From Girardia tigrina (taxonomy: Eukaryota), in the NCBI GenBank assembly GCA_001938485.1, contig MQRK01241687.1:1-55413 (forward strand): DNA of 55,413 bases, given 5' to 3'. A program made the translations under genes and the position numbers. Of this stretch, positions 10,514-23,001 are shown piece by piece; position 1 is the first letter of the stretch, and each line of letters starts with the position of its first letter. A model generated the notes under the pieces. It ran no database searches. It was not told the origin of the DNA and worked only from the letters and a program-made list of their open reading frames with translations.

Positions 10514-12400
10514 TGAGAGGTTAATTTAAATTTGCATCTCGCCAAAATAATTTATTATTTTTTTAATTTAAAAGGTAAAATATTTTAATGTTAAAATGCT
10601 TATTAAATATTTTAAAATTAAAAAATGATATAATAAAAGAAAATCATAAAAAAATTAAATATCTATTTAAAAATAAAAAATATGTTTTTTTAATGTAACT
10701 ATTAAATATCATAAAATTAAAAATGATAAGAAAACCATTAAATATTTACTTATAAATAAAAATATTTTTACAGGTATATCAATTTATATATTTTAATACA
10801 AGTTATGAAACAATTTTAAATAAATTTTAAAATCAATTTTTAGATATATGTGAAAATTATTTAATAAATTTAAAGTTTAAAATTTGCTAAATTTCAAAAA
10901 TTGAATCTAAAAGAATTTAATAGATTAATTTGTGGCGAGATAATTAAATTAACGAGAAAATTTGTTTGAATATGTGAATTTTTGTTATATTTATAAATTG
11001 TGGTGTGAAATTATGAGTTGTGAATTTGAAAATAATGAAAATGACTTAAACGCTACTTACATGGCGAACAACGCTGCTTTGGACAACTTCACGAACCAAT
11101 TTTACCTGAAAAATTCAGGAAAGGTGACAATGTGCAGACGTTCATAGAAGAATGTGAAACATTTTTCCAATTCGCGGGAGTGGCAAAAGCAAAACAAGAC
11201 GTCATTGTCTTGTGTCTGTTGGACAGAGACATAAAGGAAAAGTATAAGACCGCTGACAAGTCGATAAGTGGTTATAAAAATCGACTTCGAAAAGCATTTG
11301 GGAGGACATCTTCGCTATTTGAAAATTGGTCGGAAGCATGCCGGTATAGGATGAAAGATGATATACCTGAATTTTTTTTCGAAAAAAATAGAAAAGATGA
11401 CAGAAAGAATTATGCAGCATAACATATCAAAAGAAAGTATAATGGAAACATTATTAATGAATTGTTGTGATGACAGGAATATCAAGAAAGAAGTTCGGAT
11501 GAATAATGTAAAAGGAGTAGAACATATAAAAGAAAAGATCAAAATGATACACGAGATTAAGAATATAGAGGATCAGATAAATTTTGTAAGAGATAACGTG
11601 ACGCAGAACAGACCCCGGAGTTACAAGGAGCCTGTGACTCAAAATAACAATAGATTTGAACAAAAGCATACAAGAGTCGGGGGCACAGAGAACACCAGAT
11701 TTACTAATGATCAAAACTGGGAGAGAAACCAATATATGAGCGTAACAAATAGACAACGGGAAACTAGGAAATGCTTCGGATGTGGAATGGAGGGACATAT
11801 TAGAAAAAACTGTACAACAAGGACAACAAATCAAATTCCATGGTTGTGGACAGCAGGGAAATGTAAGAAGAAACTGTCTGAATATTGAATGAAAACGGCG
11901 CCATAATAGAGGTCATCGGGAGGATGAATGTTACACCAAGTTAAACGGGAGAAGAAACCAACAAAGATCAACGAATAACAATTATAAAGGAGGGGGTTAC
12001 AATCAACGACAATATAGAGATAGAGAAGACAGGAGAAGAGGAGACAATAGATGATTTGTAGCGAACATTGAAGAAGAATATGAAGAATCGGTAATGGATG
12101 AAGACCACCCAAAAGACAGAGCCTCGACAGAAGGGGAGCCAGTTGGGACAATAAACTAATAGATACGAAGGACTCCCAAAATATCGGTATTTATAGTAAA
12201 AGTAGTATAACATATATTATAGACGTAATGAGTGACAAATCAGAAAATATTAAAGCAGTAGAAGGGAACGTAAACGATAAAGTTCGGAAGTTTATAAAAA
12301 ATGATGTATACAGAGGTAATTGTGGAAAATGTTTAGAACAAAAAGAGTTAGAACAAAAAACGTTGGCAAAATTTTAACACAGTATTTATGACAGTCTGAA
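10514..12400 (+). mobile_element. Gag-bearing LTR-type element with frameshifted gag and CCHC zinc knuckles
   Basis: Gag starts at 11061. Contains CFGCGMEGHIRKNC and two further degenerate knuckles. Shares its TG terminus with the copy at 1-1175. The 3' limit is approximate. Confidence 0.75.
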
Positions 12401-12959
12401 TAATATTCAGTATAAATTTGGTTAAATTTGGTAAAATATTAGTGTGTTTTTAAAGACCACCTGAGGATTTTTGTGACAGCCTAAGTATATCTGAACGAAT
12501 TTTGCCATCCTTCTATTGCATTATTATTTCTTAAATTTCATTAAAAAGACTTGTTTCTGCATGTCATAAATGCAATGGAAAACTGACCCTACCTAAAATT
12601 TCATCAAGTACCGTTCCCATATAATATTCGTGAAAATATGATTAGATTTTTGTAAGGTAATTTGGGAAAGACTCAATTGATTTTAAAAAGTTGAAAACAT
12701 TTCCAATGTGAGTTTTTTTCTATAAATGCCAATTCTGTTAAAGAATAAGTATATATTCTTATATGTTCATTTTCACTATATATTGTTTTTAATCCAAAAT
12801 TTATTTAACAGCCTTGCATTTGGACACTTGGAGATGCCATTTAAAAATGCCTTTTAAAAATTTCATATCATTAGTTCCGGGTTGAGATTGGGGAGTAATA
12901 TTTGCAGTACTTAAATTGTTTGTTGCAATTTATTTTTTAATATTGCAAACATTACTGGA

Positions 12960-14224
12960 ATCACATGATGGTTATATAATGTATTATGATGCAAATTCAC
13001 TATATTCATCATCGATGACAAAATATTTACCAACAGGAGAAATGGGATGGTGTCGAGAGGAAGAACAATTAACATATCAGAAATCGGAAGAAGAATCCGA
13101 AAATGGATACGTTTATGAAATCGATTTACGATATCCAAATGAATTAAAGCAGAAATCATTTTATTATCCCTTTTGTCCGGAACGGTTTTTACCGAAAACA
13201 CCGTTGGAAGAATTGTCATCATATGAGAGAATGGTTTATCCAGAACGACCAGATCGAAAAGAAAAATTGGTATAATCTTTTCTCGTTAAACACAAATATA
13301 TTATCGAAGGATGAACACTGGATTTCTATTTGCGTCAAGGAATGGAATTGGTAAAAATCCACATGAAATTAGAGTATAAAAAATCACCTTGGTTGAAACC
13401 ATATATTGAGTTCAATATCCAAAAAGGAGAGAAGCAGGAAAAAAGACATTTGGTGATTTTCTTTTCAAATTTATGAACAATTCCTTTTGTGGAAAAACTT
13501 TGGATAATGTTCGAAATCACTCAAATATTAAAATAGTTAATAATCAAAAAAAATTGAAAAGTTAGCAGGCAAACCAGAATAAAAATCCATAACGGCATTC
13601 AATCGGATATTGTGTGCTGTTGAAATGAGGAAGACTTCGATAAAATATGATAAATTCAATTATATCGGTTTTACTGTTTTGGAATTATCAAAATTACTGA
13701 TGTTCCAATTTGCTTACGAAGCATTGCATTCGAAATGGAATTTTGAGTTCGGAAATGTTCAGATCCATTATACTGATACCGATTCTTTTTTCGTACAAAT
13801 TTATGATAGTTTAGAAAATATTAACGAGAAATTAGCACATTGGTTACATCCATCGGATTTGGGGAAATTCAAAGACGAAATGGAAGGAGTAAAAGTAATT
13901 GAAGAACTGGTTGCAATAAAGTCAAAAGAAAATAGTTTCAAACATATTCTGGTATCAAAAAAACAGAAAGGAGAAACTTGTAAAAACAAAGGAGTCAAAG
14001 ATGTGACTTTCAATGATCGCGTTAATATTTTATTCAATAATGAAATGGTTATGAAAGAAGAAAAACATATTATATCAAAATTACATGAAATAAATATTTC
14101 ATCGAAAGCCAAGCAAGCATCGTCAGGATACGACAATAAAAAACGTTATCCATTTAATCACGTAACATCTTTTCCTATAGGTTTTAATAAAAACGAATTA
14201 GCGGAAAAATATATTTTATTTTAA
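12960..14224 (+). pseudogene. Protein-primed DNA polymerase B, Polinton/Maverick/adintovirus type, frameshifted
   Basis: Motif A YYDANSLYSSSM, then YEIDLRYP and PWLKPYIEFN; motif B KFMNNSFCGK; YIGFTVLELSKLLM; motif C YTDTDSF; LGKFKDE, KNKGV and YDNKKRY. Confidence 0.9.
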
Positions 14225-16385
14225 TTTTTATTAATAATTTAATTTAATTTTTATGAAAAAAATAATAAAACATTAAATAATTTTATCGATTTTTAGGGAC
14301 TATTTCATTAGTCTTTAGAGGGGTCTGACTATCACTTCAATAATAACATTAATCCTGGGTGAAGAGGGTGTGTGGACACCTGGCAGGAGGAAAAACGAAA
14401 CCTCATAAAGGGCGGAGGAGGTGCTTGGAGCCAACAGCCATCCATACTTGGATAGGCGATAGGCAGCACCAGGTTCCTTGCCTACTGAGAAACTCAACAA
14501 TATGAAAAACCAAGTCATAAAATGCTTTTCTATAATTGATTGCACCCACGGCCCAACGGCTACGGTATCAAAAATAATTTCAATTTAAATATTTTTCATT
14601 TTTATGAACTGGCTAATTTTTTTGTCACAGATATTTTATTGAAAAAATATTTACATTATATATTTACAGAATTTTAATATTGAATAAAAAGTAATGAATA
14701 ATAGACGAGAAATATTGTCAGTAAATCTGTAATGCGTTTAGGGGGTCCCTTGTAAATTAATTTGTATTTATATTTCATCCCTACAGTGCAATGAGGTTTT
14801 ACAAGTTTGAACTGATTTATGACTAAATATAATAATATTTTGTGTTCAATAGGTTGCAGAAAGACCGACGTAAATGTAAAAAATATTTCTGCTCATTTTG
14901 TTTCCTTTTTCTTAAAAAAGTTCCTTTAATTATATTTCCTCATTTTTAGTAACGTAATTTTGTGTTAATGTGATAATTGTGGTACATCATTTCCTTAAAT
15001 AAAAATATTTGTTTTTATATTTCAAACATTTTATGTAGAAAGTACAAAAACCATTTTTAAAGTGAGTTATTTATTACTCTTTTAAGATTTGCTTTTTATT
15101 TTTATTTTTATGAAAGTTTTATAATGCGAAATTATTTTGTAAAGTTTACCGATTTCCTTTTTTCAGTGAAGCAAAAGCGACTGGATTTATAAATGGAAGA
15201 AAAAATACTTTCAAAGAAAAATAAGTTGACCTAAATATCATTTAGAAAATGAGGAAATTATTATTTGAAGAAATATTTATTTAAATTATTATATATTATG
15301 AAATAGAAAAATAAAAAATAAAACGTATACAATATTAATATTTTTAAGAATATATTTCAGGCAAACTAACAAAATTATATGTTTTCAAATGTCGCCTAGA
15401 ATAATTTGTAAATAATTTATAAATAATCATGAATTATTTTTTATTGATAAATATTAAATTAGACAAAATTCGATAATTTTTAAAATGTTTATGTTTTTCA
15501 GAAATAAAATGTTTAATATATTTCCTTAAAGATTTATTTTTTTTTCATTTATAAATATTTATAAAAAAATTGAAATATATTTTGTACATAATAATAAAAA
15601 GTATTTTATTTAAATATAATTCTACCATTATTTTACAGAAATTTATTTTTTAGAATGTTAAGTAACAAATATATAATAGATTATAAAATATAATTTTCTC
15701 TGAACTTATTTGAAATTATATAACTAATTATTTTACTTATAATTGTGGTTTAATTTCTTTATGTAATAACTTTTAACAATTGAACACTTAAAATTATATA
15801 ATATAAATTTTTTATAAAATAAAATCGTATTATAATAAGTTGCGTAAGGACGTTAATAAATTATAATTAATTTGATTTTTCGGAGACTTCTATTATCTTT
15901 AGAATTTATAGTAAACGATTTCGACAACTTTTTATAGTTACAAATATTATATTTTTATTATTTATGTTAAATTTCTCAATTAATTTTCTGAAAACGTCCT
16001 ATTATTATAATTATTATAATTATGCATTTATTCTTTATTATAAATATTCATTATAAAATAAAAAATTGTTCTTAATATTTAATTATTAATAACTTATTTA
16101 TCATATTACCATATTATCTAAATTTGTATTATAAAACTTTTTAACAAGTTTTCATTAATGTTTCAAAATAAAATTTTGTACTTTAAGAATTAAGAATTTT
16201 AAAAAATTTCAAAAATTGTATTATTTATTAATCATAAAGATATTATTATTATTGTAAATATTATTATTATATTAATTATATTATTATCGTTATTATATTC
16301 AATAAAAAATCACTATATTGTAAAATATAATTAAATATAAACATATTTGTACATGAATTTGAAAAACAAGGGCAATTCATTGAAG

Positions 16386-17460
16386 TTAAAAGTCAAAAAC
16401 CGATTGAAAATTTTTTATTAATTTGGACGGATTAACCGTCATCTTCAGAACAACTAATTTTTTTAAAAAAGAAATGGACTTATATACCACCGGTAATAAT
16501 TGAGCTATAAATATGTCATCATTAAATCGTTTAAAAACCCTCAATAAATTAGTCGAGAGTGAGTCTTGAACGTTAATTTCAGGATCCAAAGATATTACTT
16601 TTCACATGACACTCTTTCCCAGTAATTCTTAAAGATTTAATTAATTTAATTAAATTTAATTTTAAAGTTATGGATGTTTATCTATCCTTTGCTATGTTTA
16701 CTATGTCACGCAATATTACTTCCACTTTCCTTAGGACTGTGTTCATGGATTATCTTACAGAGATGACGCGAAGTCACTCCGATGTATGTGGCATTGCACC
16801 AATTATATGTATATTGGTAAATTTGATCCGAACACAATCCTAACAGTGTTGAAGATTTATTACTAAACATATCTTCAATATTTTGGGTACGGGAGATTAT
16901 TTTTAAATGTATAGTATTATTTCTACTGCTTTTAAAATAGAATTTTTAATGTTTTAAAACCTTTTAAATAAGGTACGGTTAAAATATAAGACTTTCATCA
17001 CATCGCCTATATCTATATGAAAGAGCACATGAACGAAAAATAAAGCATTTAATTATATTTCTACGATATTGAGATTCACAAAAACTATTCGGTGTTGTAT
17101 ATAACGCCGTATTAGTTTTCTTTCTCAGTCTCATAAGAACCAATCTTCCTCTCAATTAACAAATCCAGAAACGATAATTTATTGTCATTTTATGTCTCCA
17201 TAATAATCTTTACATTTGGGTGCAATGCCACATACATTGGAGAGACTTTGCGTCAACTCTGTAAGAGAATCCAGGAACACAGTCCTAAGAAAAGTGGCTT
17301 AAGAAAGTGACGTATTGATTGCACAATCGTTACCGGCAGTATATAAGTACATAATTTTTTAAAAAAATTAGTTGTTCTGAAGATGACGGTTAATCCATCG
17401 AAATTGGTAAACATTTTAAATTGGCTTTCGACTTTAATAAAAATAATTATTGATACAAGT
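16386..17460. mobile_element. Fold-back Penelope-like remnant: GIY-YIG/RT fragments with inverted terminal segments
   Basis: Minus-strand YIGVTSRHLCKIIHEHS and WERVM...INVQDSLSTNLLRVF. Segments 16390-16500 and 17325-17435, and 16735-16800 and 17220-17290, are inverted copies. Confidence 0.75.
17373..17413 (+). ncRNA. Minimal type I hammerhead ribozyme (Penelope-associated)
   Basis: TGTT-CTGAAGA-T-GACGG-TTAAT-CCATC-GAAA-T-TG-GTA-AACA: full core, 4-bp stem I, one mismatch in stem II. Confidence 0.7.
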
Positions 17461-18579
17461 TATTTTTATTCATTTTTTATATTCATTAAATTATTTTAGC
17501 ATTACTTTTTATTACGTAGAAAACGATAACAAATTCATTTTATAAAAGTTTTAAACACAAATTACTAATAGTCATTGTTAATTAATTATTTTTATTAATA
17601 TAGTATTTTATAAGGATTATTAAAATTTCATTATAATCATGTTTGATATTATATTTATTACTCCTATATTCATTATCTTATTAAAACATTTTTCATTAGT
17701 TTTTTAATTTATTAATAGAATATATAATATTAATTAAAATATTTTTAAAAATCAAAAAAAAAATTCAAAACTATTATAACTAAACTGTGAATGAATTTTC
17801 TAAATAAATAATTTTGCGAGATGAATTTTTAACTAACTCCTCATAATTATCATAAATATTAAAAAAATTTTATTAGTATATTAGTAGTCTTTGATTGAAA
17901 AAAACATAGTAAATATTCTTATTATAATAATTAAAATATTGTTCATCTTTCTTAATATTGTATTCGTTATATTTTTTTAAATTATGATTATATCACTATT
18001 TTATCCCTTATTTTATTAAAAACATTATTTTGTTGTTACTAATTTTGAATATAACTTTGAATAGTACTATCTCAAGAACATTTTGTAAATTAATTAATTT
18101 ACGAATATAGAAATGAGCAATAAAATCACAATATTTGATACGTTTCCTTAAAGATATATAATCTTCTTTTTGATTTAAAAATAATTTGAAATAAGTTGAA
18201 ATATATTTATTTAAATAAATATTATTTTATTATTGTGCGAGAATAAGCATATAAAATTAAAAGTATTTCATCTAAATATAATTCATCCAGAATCTTTCAG
18301 AAGTCGTTCTGGATGTTAAATAGTAAATATATAATAGATTATAAAATATCATTTTCTCTGAACTTAATAATTATCTCATAAAAAAATTTGAAACTACTAA
18401 ATTATATTACTAATTATTTTATCAAGGTTTGAGGTTTTTTATATTAATATAAATGATTTAAAAATTTAAACACTTTAATATAAAATAATAATATTAAATA
18501 AAATCGAATAATAAGAAGTTGTGTAAGGACGTTAATATATTAAAATTCATTTAATTTTTTACAAGCTTTTATTACGTTT

Positions 18580-18930
18580 CATTTGTTTGTCTGTCTGGAT
18601 GCATCAAATCTTGCGATCGAAAATTCATCCACTTCCCGTTCACCTAGCGACATGAAACTTTCAGGACTGATGTATTCTAGGTNNNNNNNNNNNNNNTCAC
18701 TGTCACTGCTCATCTACCGCCTTTAGTTTGGCCGCAAAAAGTAATTAAAGTGTCGTTCTCATGTTTTCCTCAGTAGTAGGCTTTGAAATTTGCTACATCT
18801 AAATGCAAATAGAAATCGGGTTTCGCCTGGTAGGCTTTTATAATTCAGTCACAAAAATGTGGGAAGTGGGTGAAATAGATACAGAACCGCAAACATATGA
18901 CAAATTATAAAAGCTCGTACACCAAAAACT
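18580..18930. mobile_element. Probable non-autonomous Helitron/DINE-1-like repeat
   Basis: GTTTGTCTGTCT microsatellite head followed by ATGAAACTTT and TTGAAATTTG motifs; GC-richer island. Family assignment is by resemblance only. Confidence 0.35.
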
Positions 18931-21900
18931 TTTTTGGTATGATATTATTAAAAATATATAATAAACGATTTTGATAACATTTTTATAGTTTTAAATATCC
19001 TTTTTTCATTATTTTTTTTATGTTTCTTATTTTTTGAGAAAATATCCAGAAAATAATTTCAGAGATAAACTTGAATATTTCTATCACATTATTTGAACTA
19101 AAATTTAAAAATAACATAAAAGTAATTATTTTTATAATAAATTTAGTGCTAGTAAATTGTGAAGTCATAAATAAATTTAAAGTAAAATTAATTAAAATGT
19201 TTTATTAAATGTTGTTATTACAATAAAAATAAGTATTAAAACGTTCATTGAGATGTTCATAATAATTTTGAAATTTTAAAATATTCCTAACTCAAAATAA
19301 ATTCACACTTGCTTTGATTTATAATTAATTATTTATGCATTTATTTTTATAATAAATATAAAAAAAATATTTTTTCACATTACTAATATTTTTAAATTTT
19401 ATAATTCCAAAGAATAATTGCAACTAAAACATGTTTGAATTATAATACAATATATTATTATTTTTATTTTATTTATTATATTCTTATATCTACAAAAATA
19501 ATCATAATAATTTTTTTATAAAAATTTAAAAACATTTGTCATTATTTTTATTATTAGTTTTTTTTATTATTATTAAGGTATTCATTATATTATAGTATTA
19601 TTTAAATTATAATTATAAACTTTATTTATTGTAAGTACTTTTAATAAGTGTAAATTAGTATTTCTAAATTTTATTTGTTTTATATTTAGATTTTTTTCTA
19701 AAATATTTTTATTTTTTTAAAAATTTCATTTATTATTATTATATATTTTAAGTATTATTAATAACATATTTAAAATAATATTTCTTCTCTAAATTCGATT
19801 AACTTTATTATTATTATTATTCATTGTTATAATCAAAATATTATTATTGGGTTCTTGCTCAAAAGACATTATCATGAACACAAAAATTTATTTCTATAAC
19901 AATTTGAATTTTTTAAACAAATATTTTTGAGGAACTTTTGCACTTTCTTTTTACACAACCATTATAAATAAAAATAAATATAAATAAAAATATGGTTAGT
20001 ATATTTTTTTGCAGATTAAAATTCTATATTCTTTTTAATAAAAAATAAAGTGAATTAAAATTTTGTCACAAAGATTTTGTTGCGTCTTTTATTAATTTTT
20101 CAATTTTATGGTACATTTAAATTTACTTGTTTCTCGATTATATTTTCCAAAATAAAATTAAAATCGCATTTTTCATTTAAGTCGATTTAATGGTTTTACA
20201 ATTATTTTTTTAATTCATATTACCATTTCCCAAAAGAAATTATAATTACATTTTAATTTAACTTTGATTTAAAAGTTACAAAAATAGTTTAGTTTACTTT
20301 TATTTCGCAAATAAAATATCAAACTTAAATTACTTTTTATTTTATTTCAATTAAATATTTTCATCAAATTTGAAATTAACTTTTTTACTTTATAATAAAT
20401 CTTTACATAAATCTTTTAATAATCCTACCGTAAAATTTATTTTATTCCTTACTTAAATTAATTTTTTACATTAAATTTCTGAATATCTTATTTTAACATA
20501 TTTATAACAATATTTTACGGAATGTAATTGTTTATTTAATAATTTGATAAGATTCAAAAATTTTATATTTTATGAACGCTCCCCAACAATTATTATTAAA
20601 TTCGTTACATTATTATAAACATAATTTTTTATGTAAAAAACAATAAACAATAAAAAAAATCAAAATTCGATAGCTAATTGAAAATATTTATTAATTTCGA
20701 CGGTTTAACTTTAAATTTACTTATATAGTGCAGTTAATGATTATGTATAATTCATTAATTGCATAATATATTTTGCATAATAAAATTGCATAATATATTT
20801 TTTGGTATTTTTGTTACAGTTTAGACGCGAAGACTTAATTCTACAATGACAAAGACAGATGGACATCATCAGAGCTGTCATTCTTATATAACAAAACCAT
20901 TTTTTAAAGTATTCAAAGTTAAATTGTATTACACTTTTATGAAACATATAACACCTTAATCTAATAACTGCTGCTATGGTGTAGAGTCACGGAAAACATT
21001 TTTTTCATCCAAACTTTAGAAGAATTGATCAATCAAGCAACTGTTATTGACAAAAGAGTAGTCCTCTTATCCTTTTTAATTTTTCTGTTACAGCTTATTA
21101 ATCCCTCATCGTATATTTGTAATATCTACCAGACTTCTTGGTTTGAGTTTTTTTAAGTAAATAAAGTTAAACCTATTTTCCTACATTTTTTATCTAAAAC
21201 ATTACAATAAGATAAAGCGATTAATCCTTCTTTTAATTTTTTAAACCATTGTGCTTATCTACAAAGCTATTAAAGGAAAACTTCAGTTCAATTTGTATTA
21301 AAATGTCTTTTTTATTCATCTGAGAAGCAATTTTTTATCCCACCGTCCCATGACTTTGTAGCGCATTCCTCTTCACATATCGGGTATCTGTTAATGCAAA
21401 AATAAGTAAATAATAATACCAAATCCAAACTACAGTTAAAAGTTGCTATACACTGAAAGGTGACGAAATCTATTAAATCTCATTTTAATAATCATTTTAA
21501 AATACGTTTATCAACAAAAAATGTTTTATTTTTGTATTTTGTAAAAAACTTTTATTATATTTAAAGTAAGTATTTTTCATTCTGATTTTTACAAAAAAAT
21601 TCCAATTTAAATAAATTTTATTTAAAATTAATTAAAATTATTTTAACTCTAAAATTTCTTAATAAAAAACCAAAACGTTAACAATATATAATAACATTTA
21701 AGGAATTTTGTAAAACAATTTTAATCAATACAGTGCCCAATTTTTCCCTAGAGACTGATCAGTATTATCAGAGTCACAGCAGATATAAATCTCGAGAATC
21801 TCGTGCTGGGATCATTTTAAAATATTGTTGAGACAGATCATTACTTGACTGAAGAGAAATATTTTTTAATATCGTTAATATCAGATAAAATCTAAAGAAC

Positions 21901-22965
21901 TCAAAGTTCGATCACTAAATTTGTTTCTTTATTAATCTCGTGAAAATTCTAATCGATTCACAATTGCAATTGATGAGATTCTGTCTGATTGGTTGACCAA
22001 TCATTGCGAGCCTTTTCATATTTTTATTTTCTTTCATGCGCTCACTCAGTCTACTCGGAAATTCTTTTCAGTACACAAACTAACGTATTTCACAAAATTA
22101 TAATTTCACTATATATGAAATACATTTTATACTTTAATAAATATTTTCAAAATTGAAATGTTTAATTTAATAAATTATTAAATCTTAGTTAAAATAATAC
22201 TTCAGAAATTTCTTAATATATTCGAATTAATTACATTTTTCAAATAAAAAGTTCAAAATAATTTAAAAAGAATCTTAATAAATAAAGCGATTAGGATTTT
22301 TCAAAAGAAATGGATAAATTTTATATTGAAATAAAAAACAGATAGAATTAAATTAAAATTAAAAAATATATTTTTATACATATATTTTTCATACATTTTG
22401 AAATATAAAATGAATCATTAGAATAGTTATTTCTTGATATTAGGTAATTTTATTTATATTACTTAATGTCATATTATAATAATATGAAAGATTTTAAATA
22501 AATTAAAAGAAAACATTTTCATTTAACAGTAAATATTTTAAGGATATTCAGTTTGTTTGATAAAATATTTAATAATAATGTGTTTTATAAGATGTACCGG
22601 AACGTCCAATATAATTTCTTTTAGAAGTTATAAATTCAGACTGTAAATTACAGTAATATTTATAATAATAAAAGTAAGATAATTTATTAATCAACCCAAC
22701 ATATTTTTATAATTTAATATAAATCTTAGATATTTTCTTTTCATAATATATCGGTTTTAATTAATTAAAACTTGTAAATGTTTGATTTTTGTTTACTTTA
22801 ATTATTATACTGTTTTTTTGTTTTTTTAAAAAATAATCTTCTTACTTTTTAGTATTTTAAACTTAATGTTCTTTTTATTTCACATAATGTTTTTTTGTTT
22901 AAATATTAAATTGAAATATTTATAAATTATTTAGTGCATTAAAAATTTAAACTAACTCCACATAA

Positions 22966-23001
<36 letters not shown>

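Noticed and set aside
21300-21400. Minus-strand YPICEEECATKSWDGGIKNCFSDE as a host exon or Tc1 fragment
   Set aside because: Too short, ends in a stop and has no supporting neighbouring motifs.
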